From a virus: a stretch of 64,000 bases of DNA. Positions 1 to 10,351 of this stretch are shown here, one piece after another. The first letter of the stretch is position 1; each line of letters starts with the position of its first letter. The position numbers and the translations under genes are program-made. Below the pieces are notes generated by a model, which did no database searches, was not told the origin of the DNA, and worked only from the letters and a program-made list of their open reading frames with translations. Where the stretch lies: positions 38,736 to 102,735 of IMG/VR virus record IMGVR_UViG_3300043772_001004; one strand, 5' to 3'.

Positions 1-547
1 CATCTTCATATTCTCCACCATCATCATAATAACCACCATATTGAAATGCTCCTTCTTGTGCATATTGTTCTGAGCCAGAATCTAAATGTTGCATACCATC
101 ATACCCACTTGGCATATCTGATTCAGCTAATGCTATATCTTCATCATCATTAGTATTTGTTGGAGCTGGTTTAGGTGTTGGTTGTGGAGCTGGACCAGCA
201 GCTTGAGGATTGGTTCCTTGTGCAGTATCTTCCTCTTCCTCTTCTTCTAAATATGCTGGATCTTTATAACCTTTTTGAGCAAGCACAGTCATTACTCTAT
301 TGATCATTGCAAATGCCATCTTTTGCTCTATACCATATTTGGTAACTAAAGTTTCAAAAATAGTATTTGGATCTGCGCCATCTCTTAAACTTGCATATGT
401 ATCATTCATGATAACTTTTAATCTTTCTTGCACTTGCAATCCTTGACTGGCTTTTGGTAAAGCTTTGTTTAAGAAATTAGCTGTCTTGTTGTAGTACCCT
501 GGTTTTTCACCGGGACCAGCCTTTCTTATTCTAACAGATTTTTTCAT
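1..547 (-). CDS. Putative virion cargo/ejection protein, partial (runs off window start)
   Basis: Not in ORF track. ATG at 547 (MKKSVRIRKAGPGEKPGYY...) stays open to position 1. Contains LPKASQG, FQYGG and YDDGG motifs like neighbouring cargo proteins. Confidence 0.7.
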   Translation of the reverse strand, partial: MKKSVRIRKAGPGEKPGYYNKTANFLNKALPKASQGLQVQERLKVIMNDTYASLRDGADPNTIFETLVTKYGIEQKMAFAMINRVMTVLAQKGYKDPAYLEEEEEEDTAQGTNPQAAGPAPQPTPKPAPTNTNDDEDIALAESDMPSGYDGMQHLDSGSEQYAQEGAFQYGGYYDDGGEYED

Positions 548-605
548 ATAGCATGTTATATATTAAATATACTAAATTTTAATTTATTCATTAAACTTAT
601 AAAGT

Positions 606-3600
606 TTACTCATCTTCTATAATGTATCCACCTTTGATATACTTATCTATTTCTTTTTGAGTAAGTTTTGTAGACACATATCCACCTTCTTTATAAGCTT
701 CTATTATACCTTCTCCTTTACTGTAAGATTCTGGTACTTCTAATCTTAGCCACTCATTTCCAAATTGATCTGTTTCAGGAACAGCACCAGATTTACCAAA
801 TAATTTAATGTAATGTTTTTTATAATCATTATAAATACCAGATGCTTTATCATTACCTTGTATTCGTGTAGATAATTCTGCAGTAGGTATATAAAGATAT
901 TTCTTCCCTTGATCAGCAGCATATTGTAACATCTCTTGTATTAATCTTTTTTCAGTAGATTTTTTATTGGTCATTAAAACTCTTTTTTGTTGTAAGTTTC
1001 TTTTAATGACATCAGCTGCTTCACCAGCAAATTGTTCCATATGAGATCCTGGTTTAAATTGAACATTTGGAGAAAAGTAATTACCAGTTGAATGTTGTTC
1101 AAATTCTTGCAAGTATCCTTCTAAATCAAATTCTTCACTACCATCTTTTCTATATCTTCTTTTCATTTTAGAAAACTGCTCAGCAGCATCTGATTGAATT
1201 CCTGATGCATAGAGTGCATCAGGTTGATACGCGTTTTCATAAACATGAACATGTGCTAATGTATCATTTGCATTACCATGTTCTTTTGATCCATAACCAA
1301 ATTGATCTACATTACTAAATTGAATAGTTCTTGGATTTGTAAGTTGAAAATCTGCAAAAGTATCTTTGTTAGCTAAATAAGCTTCTTGTTTTTTATTGAT
1401 AATAGCTAAATTATTTTCAAAGCTTTGTTCAAGTTCTTTAAGATATTCTGCATCTACATATTTTGAAACACCAGAATTAGTTGTAATAGTAGATTCTCCT
1501 TTTTCAAGAGCAGATTTTACTTTTTCAATTTTTTCATTTGAGCTGTAAATTAAATTACGTTTTAAAAGATCTAATCCAGTAGCATATTTATCAATTGCAT
1601 GTACTACATTAGCATTCATTCTATTATCCCCTTGTTGGTACTTTGACCATAATTTTCTAAAAGGATCCGGATATATAAAATTTAAACCATAAGTAGAATT
1701 AGGAGCTTCCCTGTAATCACCTATTTCTGGATCAAATATATCTTTACCAAATAAACTACCTTCTTCAAAAGCAAAAGGAACTTCTGTTTTATTTAATGCT
1801 GGAATAGCTTGTTGTACACTTCCTAATAATTCTTTAGCATCCATGTGTAAAACATTGGAATCTAATCCTTGCCACAAATCTGGATTATTAAATAATGATT
1901 CTATAACTTCATCTCCCCCTGCTGTTTTACGTAAAATACTGAGAGCTTGTTCAAAATTTATTTTACCTGTCTTAGGATTAATAGCTTTGTATAAAGGACT
2001 TTGAGGATTAGCTGTTACATTTAAATTTAATCCTGTAGGGGGAGTAACAGTTTCATAAATAAATGCATCTATATTAGTTGGTTCACCAGTCATAGTTTTA
2101 TATTCTTCTGGAAACCCCATTGACAGTTGTTGTCCTTGTGTAGGTTTTCCTAATACTTCTGTGCTTTGAGTATTTGGAAAAACAAGTTGAGGTTCTACAG
2201 TTGGTGCTGCTTCTCTAATTATAGGATTAGGTTCAAAAATTAATGGTAATTCAGGAGCTTTAATAATATTTTCTTTTTCTCTTTCTTTTTCTTTACCAAA
2301 TCTTTTTTCTTTAACACCTTTACCAAGACTTGCTTTAGGTAATTCTCCTCCAGACTTCAATCCTTTATTATAATACATTCTATCAACAACTGTAGGATCC
2401 ATTTTAAATGGCTTTAAGTAGTATCTTGCATCTCTAAGATTCTTATAACCATGCTTGCCTATCATTAGACCCATTCCAAGAGGAAGTATATTTTCATTTA
2501 CTTGTTTTTCGTTTCCTGTTTGAAGTCCTTCATAAATATTTTTTCCTGCTTCAATTGCAAAACCAGGATTATCAGGATTTAAGTTAAATGCATCTACTCC
2601 AAATTTAGTTAATAGTGCATTACCCGGTGTTGCAAGATTCCTTGCTATTTGATACTGTGGTAATTTAGAAACAATAGGTGCTGCTTTAGATAACTTTGGT
2701 AAAAGTCTAGCTCCCGACAATGCCTGTAAAGTTTTTGAATAAGGTGCTGCAGCAAAGAATGCATTTAAAGCAACATCTCCAGTATTAATTTCTGGATTAT
2801 CGTTTACATAATTTTGATAAGCAGTGCTTCCTGTTTGAGCAGCCCAGTGAAATGGACTAAATAAATTTATAGCCTGATCAATAGGTTTTTGGAATTCCAT
2901 AGATTTATTATAAAACAGTTGTCTTCCACCTGGACCAAATGCTTGTGTCCAAGCATCTGCTTCACTTTCTGTCATTTGATCTGTCATTGTACCAACCACA
3001 GGATCTTGCCATTGTCCAGAAGTCCACTTTTCTAAAGTATTCTTTGGTTGGTTTACAAAACTACCTAATTGATCCAATCCAAAATAAACAGGATTCATAT
3101 TATTCTGAAATTTATTCTGAAGGAATTTAGCATCTTCTAGTTCTTTTTTAGCTTTATCTCTATATTCATTTATAGCTTGATTTTTATATGTTTCTCCAAA
3201 TAAAGTTTGAGCATAAGATGGTTGTGCGCGATACTGTTGTAAAAAGTTTTGTGCTTCAGGAGAGCCTAGAAAATTTTCAAAGGTTCCATATTGCTCTACT
3301 AAATTTGAACCCCTATACTCATCAGTATTCTGAGCATTAACTTCTGTAGGTAAAATATTATTTAAAAAAGCATTCTGCAAATAAGTTTTTGCTTCTTGAT
3401 CTATTGTTTGTTTTTTCTGATTAAGAAATTTATCTGGATCTTTATATGATGTTATATCTCTATTACCACTTAATTTTCCAAGTGATATATCTGTTCCCTC
3501 AACTTTAAATTTTAATTTATTTACTTTATTATTAAACTCTTCTAGAATTTTAGCTTTTTGTTTTTGGACAGACTCTGGGTCATTAGAAACATCATAGTAT

Positions 3601-5126
3601 GCTTTTATATTAGCTGGGTTTACATCTATCCCCATATCTATTTCTGTTAAAGCATTCATCTGTTTAACAGCATCATTATATGCTTCTGCATACTCAGGGG
3701 TTACTTTATCTGAGATAGGATTAATTGGATCTAAACTACCTGACCAATTTGATCCAGATACTTTATCAAATAATAGATTATTTAATCCTAAGTAATTAGC
3801 TTGTGTATTATTTATATTATCTTCCTTTTCTACATTGTTGAAATAGGAATTAATAGTTGTTTCATAGTTTTTAAGTATGCTTTCTTCTGTATCTTGTTTT
3901 TTTCTATTTGGAAATCTAGTAGTAAAGATACTTATGTCACTATTATTAATAGTTGCTCTACCATAATCATCAGTTTTAAATAAACTTTTGTCTACTGGTT
4001 TCCAATCAAAGTTCCAAGTAAATTGATTTTTATAATCATTCTTAAAATTAGAATTATCATTAAGAACTGAAAAATTATCATTGTTCCATTGGTTTCTGCT
4101 AGTGTATTGAAAGATATTTCCTTTTGTATCTTTTTTATACATTACCCCATTGTCATCAGTAAAATATACATCTGCATTTAATTGCTTATCAATAAGCTCA
4201 CTTACATCTTTAAAGTTTTGATCTACACCTTTTTTAGTACCCCAACCTTCTTTTTCCAATTCTTTTCTGGCATCTTCTGCAGACATTCCAGATTTTATTT
4301 TTTTTAGAAGTTCCTTTGATACATTCTTGTTATAATCATTATCAGCCATTGCAATAAAACTTCCAAACTCATTTTGAATTTGTTTAGAATCTAAACCATG
4401 ATACTTTTTAAATTCATTAGGTCTAACACCTTGATCATATATTAGACCTAATATAACAGGTCTTGGATAAAAATTAACTTTCCCATCTGATCCTTTTTCA
4501 AAATAATATTCCTCAAACTGATCAATTATTGGTTGAATCTGTTGATTAAACACATCTTCAGAATATGAAAAAATTGGTTCAAGTTTTTTATGTTTATTTC
4601 CTTTCTTTAATGCATCTTTAGTATATTGCTCCCATTTTACATTAAAATTTTGTTGGTTTTGCCCAGATTTTTCTTCTTGTTTTAATTGTTCTATTTCTTG
4701 TATTTTTTGAAATATAGCTACACGTTCATCAGCATTAGCCTCATCTACTCTAATTTTTAAAAGACGAACTGTAAACTCATCTATACACTCTCCCTTATAT
4801 GGCACTTTTCCAGGAGGACAATCTTCAGGCTGTAATGTTTCATATAACCCATCTTCTGTTTCTAGTTGAGGAGCATATACCTTGTTATATAAACGATCAA
4901 TGTTTTCATTATATGTTGGTTCTTGTTGATATACAGGATCTACATTATATAAGTCAGGTTGATTAACTAATTGGTTATTATTAGTTAAGTTAGCCACTGA
5001 TGCTGGATTATTGTTTATTGGTCCAACAGGAGAATCCCAATTAGATATTGGAACTTGAGTTTTTAATTTTCTCTTAGACCCTCCATTTCTTAATTTAGGA
5101 ACTTTAATAATTTTATACTTTGCCAT
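606..5126 (-). CDS. Large putative virion cargo/ejection protein (1506 aa)
   Basis: Position downstream of muzzle gene as in crAss-like phages. Has xGG motifs, a central hydrophobic/amphipathic segment and a C-terminal H..AHVH..IQSD..AADQG domain. Confidence 0.6.
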   Translation of the reverse strand: MAKYKIIKVPKLRNGGSKRKLKTQVPISNWDSPVGPINNNPASVANLTNNNQLVNQPDLYNVDPVYQQEPTYNENIDRLYNKVYAPQLETEDGLYETLQPEDCPPGKVPYKGECIDEFTVRLLKIRVDEANADERVAIFQKIQEIEQLKQEEKSGQNQQNFNVKWEQYTKDALKKGNKHKKLEPIFSYSEDVFNQQIQPIIDQFEEYYFEKGSDGKVNFYPRPVILGLIYDQGVRPNEFKKYHGLDSKQIQNEFGSFIAMADNDYNKNVSKELLKKIKSGMSAEDARKELEKEGWGTKKGVDQNFKDVSELIDKQLNADVYFTDDNGVMYKKDTKGNIFQYTSRNQWNNDNFSVLNDNSNFKNDYKNQFTWNFDWKPVDKSLFKTDDYGRATINNSDISIFTTRFPNRKKQDTEESILKNYETTINSYFNNVEKEDNINNTQANYLGLNNLLFDKVSGSNWSGSLDPINPISDKVTPEYAEAYNDAVKQMNALTEIDMGIDVNPANIKAYYDVSNDPESVQKQKAKILEEFNNKVNKLKFKVEGTDISLGKLSGNRDITSYKDPDKFLNQKKQTIDQEAKTYLQNAFLNNILPTEVNAQNTDEYRGSNLVEQYGTFENFLGSPEAQNFLQQYRAQPSYAQTLFGETYKNQAINEYRDKAKKELEDAKFLQNKFQNNMNPVYFGLDQLGSFVNQPKNTLEKWTSGQWQDPVVGTMTDQMTESEADAWTQAFGPGGRQLFYNKSMEFQKPIDQAINLFSPFHWAAQTGSTAYQNYVNDNPEINTGDVALNAFFAAAPYSKTLQALSGARLLPKLSKAAPIVSKLPQYQIARNLATPGNALLTKFGVDAFNLNPDNPGFAIEAGKNIYEGLQTGNEKQVNENILPLGMGLMIGKHGYKNLRDARYYLKPFKMDPTVVDRMYYNKGLKSGGELPKASLGKGVKEKRFGKEKEREKENIIKAPELPLIFEPNPIIREAAPTVEPQLVFPNTQSTEVLGKPTQGQQLSMGFPEEYKTMTGEPTNIDAFIYETVTPPTGLNLNVTANPQSPLYKAINPKTGKINFEQALSILRKTAGGDEVIESLFNNPDLWQGLDSNVLHMDAKELLGSVQQAIPALNKTEVPFAFEEGSLFGKDIFDPEIGDYREAPNSTYGLNFIYPDPFRKLWSKYQQGDNRMNANVVHAIDKYATGLDLLKRNLIYSSNEKIEKVKSALEKGESTITTNSGVSKYVDAEYLKELEQSFENNLAIINKKQEAYLANKDTFADFQLTNPRTIQFSNVDQFGYGSKEHGNANDTLAHVHVYENAYQPDALYASGIQSDAAEQFSKMKRRYRKDGSEEFDLEGYLQEFEQHSTGNYFSPNVQFKPGSHMEQFAGEAADVIKRNLQQKRVLMTNKKSTEKRLIQEMLQYAADQGKKYLYIPTAELSTRIQGNDKASGIYNDYKKHYIKLFGKSGAVPETDQFGNEWLRLEVPESYSKGEGIIEAYKEGGYVSTKLTQKEIDKYIKGGYIIEDE

Positions 5127-8100
5127 TACTTTACTTCTTCAAGTTTATAACCTAATCTTTCTAATTCTTCTTTAGAGAGATCATCTAATTCTATTTCATC
5201 CCCCACTTCATATTCAAATGCTCCACCGTATTGTTTAAAGATAATAGGATTTTCTTGTGTTAAAACCATAGGCTTACCAAATGCATCCATAGCATCTACC
5301 ATCCAAGGACTAAGATTTTTTTCATAACTATATTTGTCCATATATGCTTTACGATTAAATCCCCAAAGATCACGTGCTACTGTAGAAAATTTATCTTTTG
5401 ATAATCTTTTCAAAAAGTTCATGTGACCTTGTATATCATCATATGGATTAATAGGATTTCTTCTCAAGTGAAAACCAAATGGTAACTCTCCTTCTTTTGT
5501 TGTATTAGCATTAACTTGAAATGGAATAGTCTCTTGACCATATTGATCAAATAAATAATTTAAATTATCTTTAATAAGCCCTTCAAATTCAGATGGTGAA
5601 TATGGTGATGCATCAACAAGTTTAAGTTTTCCAGTGGTAGGGTCATAAAATGTTTTAAATTCATCACTAGTAAGTAAATTATCATTTTTATATCCTTGCA
5701 TTAGATCTACTAAAGGACCAGATGTTTTACTTTCATCTGGTATGTTTGCTAATAAACTTTTTATTGAAAGATCTTCCCCTCCTTTTATTTCAGAAAATAA
5801 CTCATAAGCTTTTAATGGACCATACCAATCTATTGCTTGTTGTAATCCAGCATCACTTTCAAAGTCATAAAATGTTGGCTCAAAACCTGTTTCATCACCA
5901 AAGAAATAATTTCTATTTAAATCTCTCTTACCTTCACCATAAAGTTGTCTAATATGTTCAGGAACTGTTTGTCCATGCATCACACCTGTACCAAAATAAC
6001 TTGCAGGATATTTTTCTGAGCCTTTTATTGCATTTATTATATCTGTATCATATCTTCCTGCGCGGTGGCTTTGTGATGCAATATCATAACCTATTTCTTT
6101 TGCTAAAAGACTAAAAGGATTATAATTAGATCTTGTAAATTTCTTTATGTTCTTTTCCCATCCAGTTGGTAGTTTATCAATTAACCCTGGTACTTTTTCA
6201 GCTATTTTTATAAGGCCGCTACCAGATTTTGGTGGCCATCCACCCTCTTTTCTTGTTAATGTAGGTACAGAAATATCTTCTACTATATATCCACCTTTAA
6301 CATATTTGTCTATATCTTTTTTAGATAATGTTAATTCAATTGATCCACCATCTTTAAAAGACATATTATCAAATAAATGCTTACCTCTTTTATCTGTATA
6401 GACAGCAGGCTGTTTTAATTTTTGACATCTACATTTTGGACATGGTCTTTCATAACCTTCTGGACAATCTCCTCTACCTAGAATTGTACCATTAGGATTT
6501 ACTTGAAGTTCTGGTGGGTTAACTTCAAAATTGTTTTCTGTAGGTGTGTCTTCCTGTGGAGTATCACCTGTGTATTCTTCATCATAGTCTTGATCATATG
6601 CATAATCATTGTATGTTTTTTTTCTTTTAATAGCAGGTAGATTTAGATCCTTTAATTTATCTATAGCACCTTCAATTGGAACTGTATATCTTACATTACC
6701 ATATGGTTTAAGTGTTATAGGAATATTATCTCCCATAGTGTCTTTACCACCATAATCTAATCTAAGTCCTCCGGTAAAAGAAGCTACCCCAGGAAAGTCT
6801 TTAAATGGTTTTATTTGAACTGTACCTTCTGGACTTAGGAAAGATATATCATATCTAGGCTCATCAGTTTTATTAATAACACCTTGAGCAGTTTTTGTTC
6901 CTTGCTCTATATCATTTGCATATGCATTTAATATATTTTGTGTTTGGATGTCATTATATTCAGGCCGTTGTCTAAGTGCAAAATTTAATACATTTAACTT
7001 AGGTATAAAAGCCATATCTCCCTGCCTTGTTAAACCTTTATCAAAATATCTTTGAGGTGATATTTTTGCATTGTTTTTTCTTCTACCAAAAACACCCATC
7101 AGACCAAGATCTGCTGTACCATAAAATCCAGGTTCAGGTGCATACCCAACATTTAAAGATCCGTATCCTGTAAAAGGTCCACTAGAAGAATCTCCAAATG
7201 CATTACCAAAAACATCCCAACCTACATTTGCTGTAAGTGGAATTCCTTTTTTATACAAAGGTTTTGCTCCTGCTAGATTTTTTGCAGCATTATATTGATT
7301 TATAATAGTTTGATTTAATTCAGAAACAGGAGTCCCTGTATAATTTGATACATCTTGTAAATATTGTTGATACTTTGGATTATTTTCACCTCCCAAAGCA
7401 GGATCATAGTAACTACTAAACAATCCTTCTTGAGGTACAAAATTTAAAGTCCGGTTTGTTAAACTTTGTGCATCAGTATTGTAAGGTCTACCTAAAGTAA
7501 AAGATAAAGGATTGGCAGATAGATCTGCTTTTTTAAATAGATTAGGTGTAGTATATGTTAAACTATAATTTGGATTTCTATTAAAGTCTGAAGCTTGACC
7601 ATAAGCAGATCTATAGTCAAATGGTGTAAATGTTAAAGATCTATCTTTTCCAGTACCTGGTAAACCAAATGAAGCTTTTGGTAAATCTTTTTTCTTTGCT
7701 CCACCATTTTTACTATATTGAATAGTATCATCAGTTTCATTATCATTTTTAGAAATGTTGTTTAACATCCATTTTATATCTTTATCAGAATAAGTTTTTC
7801 TAAGTTCATTTAATGGCTTAGAATATAATAACTTTTTATCTAACTGTTTAAATTGTCTTCCTGTTATTTTCTTATTAAAAGGATCATAAATATTTTGTTC
7901 ATCCGCACCAAATTGTATTTCTCTCAATCTTGATCTAACTTCACTTCCTTTATTACTTAATAAATAATTATTCCAATCATCAAATTTATTTTGTTCATAT
8001 ATATCTCTTGGTATTTCTTCTTCACCCATGTATTCATCTTCTAACTTACTTTGTGAGTTTTTATACCAAGCCATTTCATCTTTACCATATTGACTATTTT

Positions 8101-10351
8101 TCCAATTTAATGGAACTCTATATTGCATTGCTAATTGATCATTATATGGAATAAGTCTATCTAATTCACCAGCTGGTCTATCAGAAGAATGACTAATCTC
8201 ATGAACTAACATTTGTTTATTTCCAGGAAAAGATTGATGTATTGAAACATTACCTGTATTACTATCAGATATTCCCCATGGGGAAAAGCCATATAAATCC
8301 TCAATCAATTTTACATTAGGATTTGTTTTATCAAAATCAATATCTAGTGCTGGGATAGTTTGTATATTTTTTTTTCTTAAATCTTTTATTTCTTTAAAAA
8401 GTTTTTGAGCATCTGAATCTGTTCTAGTTGATAATTTTGATGATTTCATAAGCATTTTATCATGCATTGGAGAATCATGCCATTTATTTATCCAGGATAA
8501 TGCTTTAGAAAAATCTGAACCTAATGGACTAACACTTACTTCTGGTTCAATTTGCATGTTTGTTGCAACATCTGGATTTTCTAATAAGTATTGTGGATCA
8601 AGAGGTGCAAGTTTTCTATCAACTGGAACACAAGTTTCTCCATTCCAATAGTGATATGGTGGACATTCCTCTTGTAAATTTTCTCCACCATCAAAAAATT
8701 TAGATAATCCTCCATACTTAAATGCTCTACCTTCTGCTTGTTTTTTCTTTGATTGCTCATACTGTTCAAGCCAAGTATCTAAATTTTTATCATACTCCTC
8801 ATATTCTTTTTTATACTTCTGTTGATTCATTAAATCTCTTAAAGAAGCTGCTCCTCTAAATTCCATTTCAGAGCCAGTTGCATTGCCATAGTCTAATTCT
8901 CCAGGAACAAAGTTACCTTCTTCATCTTCATAACCTTCAAAATAATTTTTATCATAGCCTGTAGCTTTCTGTACTATTCTAGGAATTAACCTTGTTTTGT
9001 TTCTTTTACCTAGAGCAACATGTCCTTTACTATCTAATACACCTTTATCAAATAAAGCAGCAATTTTATTTTGTGGCAACTTAACATCTAGACTTAATCT
9101 ATCAGCTGTGTATGGATCTAATGTATATTGTGGAGCTTCAATAGAATCTGGAAGAGAATAGTCATGTACCTGTAATTCTCCTAGATCTTTATTTTCTAAT
9201 AAAGGAGGATCAATGATTGGTAATTCTATTGGTTCTACTTTTATATCCTCATAGATTGGATTTATAGTTTTAACATACTCACATTTTTTTCCAGTAACAG
9301 GAACTGTTTCTTCATCTGTCCCAACTAATTTTTTTCCAGAAGGTGCTTTCTTCGGTACATTATTTATAATAGTTGTTTTTGGTACACAAGGTTTAGGAGG
9401 GTTTTGAGATATTACAGGTTTTATAGGCTTTTTGTATTTAAATACTCTCCATGGTTGATTTCCTTGATAATGTGTAAATACTTTAACAGGACTAATATTT
9501 TGATAAGGATTTCCTGGCAATGCCCATGATCCAAATCCCTGATTCCTACCTTGAAATTTACTTATTGCTGCAGATGGTATTTTATATTGTGGATTTTTTA
9601 AAACATTCATGAATTGATTATATGAATTATATAATGCTAAACTATCATTATATGCTTGCATACGTTCTTTATGAGAAAGACCATTTTGTGCTTTGATCAA
9701 CTCTCCACCATCTGCATAATACTTTGCATTAGGATCAAAGATTTTATTTTTTCTTGATTTAGGTTTAGAGAATAATGGATTTTGTGCAAAGAACTTATTG
9801 GTAGCTTCAAGGCTTCTAGAGTATGCTTTTGAGTTTTTCTTATTAGGAATTTTAGGTCTCTTAGCAGAACCTCCCTTTTTAAAATTATCTGGACTTTCTA
9901 AGTCTTTAATATTATGATTATAATAGTTAGATGTTAGTTCTTCTCCAGGATTTATATTTCTTTTAGCTAACATCAATATATGATCTCCATTATCTACTTC
10001 ATATATATTTGGACTTTCACTATGATTGTAATAACCTCCTAGTTCTACAGATGGAAATGGTGCTTGATATTGCTCCCCATTTTTTGTAAAACTTTTTCTA
10101 ATATGAGAAACACCTATGACATCATCTTTAGCAATTGGCTCTTGACTAAATATACCTTTACCTTGTATTTTAGATGGGCCAACACTTAATGATTTAAATA
10201 CAGGAGCATTGACACCATTCTCAGCACTTATTACATTATCACTTTTTTTACTACCAGTTGTGTTGTTTGTATAAGCTTTGTTATACTTAGTAGCTGGTTT
10301 AGATTTATTTAAATTTCTAATTGCGTCTATTATTACTTTCTTATTGTACAT
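5126..10351 (-). CDS. Multidomain putative cargo protein (1741 aa) with N-terminal SET domain and HExxH zincin-like motif
   Basis: SET motifs SKIQGKGIFS, GYYNHSESPN and INPGEELTSNY (~9920-10190). LVHEISH at 8189-8203. Domains separated by xGG linkers. Confidence 0.7.
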   Translation of the reverse strand: MYNKKVIIDAIRNLNKSKPATKYNKAYTNNTTGSKKSDNVISAENGVNAPVFKSLSVGPSKIQGKGIFSQEPIAKDDVIGVSHIRKSFTKNGEQYQAPFPSVELGGYYNHSESPNIYEVDNGDHILMLAKRNINPGEELTSNYYNHNIKDLESPDNFKKGGSAKRPKIPNKKNSKAYSRSLEATNKFFAQNPLFSKPKSRKNKIFDPNAKYYADGGELIKAQNGLSHKERMQAYNDSLALYNSYNQFMNVLKNPQYKIPSAAISKFQGRNQGFGSWALPGNPYQNISPVKVFTHYQGNQPWRVFKYKKPIKPVISQNPPKPCVPKTTIINNVPKKAPSGKKLVGTDEETVPVTGKKCEYVKTINPIYEDIKVEPIELPIIDPPLLENKDLGELQVHDYSLPDSIEAPQYTLDPYTADRLSLDVKLPQNKIAALFDKGVLDSKGHVALGKRNKTRLIPRIVQKATGYDKNYFEGYEDEEGNFVPGELDYGNATGSEMEFRGAASLRDLMNQQKYKKEYEEYDKNLDTWLEQYEQSKKKQAEGRAFKYGGLSKFFDGGENLQEECPPYHYWNGETCVPVDRKLAPLDPQYLLENPDVATNMQIEPEVSVSPLGSDFSKALSWINKWHDSPMHDKMLMKSSKLSTRTDSDAQKLFKEIKDLRKKNIQTIPALDIDFDKTNPNVKLIEDLYGFSPWGISDSNTGNVSIHQSFPGNKQMLVHEISHSSDRPAGELDRLIPYNDQLAMQYRVPLNWKNSQYGKDEMAWYKNSQSKLEDEYMGEEEIPRDIYEQNKFDDWNNYLLSNKGSEVRSRLREIQFGADEQNIYDPFNKKITGRQFKQLDKKLLYSKPLNELRKTYSDKDIKWMLNNISKNDNETDDTIQYSKNGGAKKKDLPKASFGLPGTGKDRSLTFTPFDYRSAYGQASDFNRNPNYSLTYTTPNLFKKADLSANPLSFTLGRPYNTDAQSLTNRTLNFVPQEGLFSSYYDPALGGENNPKYQQYLQDVSNYTGTPVSELNQTIINQYNAAKNLAGAKPLYKKGIPLTANVGWDVFGNAFGDSSSGPFTGYGSLNVGYAPEPGFYGTADLGLMGVFGRRKNNAKISPQRYFDKGLTRQGDMAFIPKLNVLNFALRQRPEYNDIQTQNILNAYANDIEQGTKTAQGVINKTDEPRYDISFLSPEGTVQIKPFKDFPGVASFTGGLRLDYGGKDTMGDNIPITLKPYGNVRYTVPIEGAIDKLKDLNLPAIKRKKTYNDYAYDQDYDEEYTGDTPQEDTPTENNFEVNPPELQVNPNGTILGRGDCPEGYERPCPKCRCQKLKQPAVYTDKRGKHLFDNMSFKDGGSIELTLSKKDIDKYVKGGYIVEDISVPTLTRKEGGWPPKSGSGLIKIAEKVPGLIDKLPTGWEKNIKKFTRSNYNPFSLLAKEIGYDIASQSHRAGRYDTDIINAIKGSEKYPASYFGTGVMHGQTVPEHIRQLYGEGKRDLNRNYFFGDETGFEPTFYDFESDAGLQQAIDWYGPLKAYELFSEIKGGEDLSIKSLLANIPDESKTSGPLVDLMQGYKNDNLLTSDEFKTFYDPTTGKLKLVDASPYSPSEFEGLIKDNLNYLFDQYGQETIPFQVNANTTKEGELPFGFHLRRNPINPYDDIQGHMNFLKRLSKDKFSTVARDLWGFNRKAYMDKYSYEKNLSPWMVDAMDAFGKPMVLTQENPIIFKQYGGAFEYEVGDEIELDDLSKEELERLGYKLEEVK

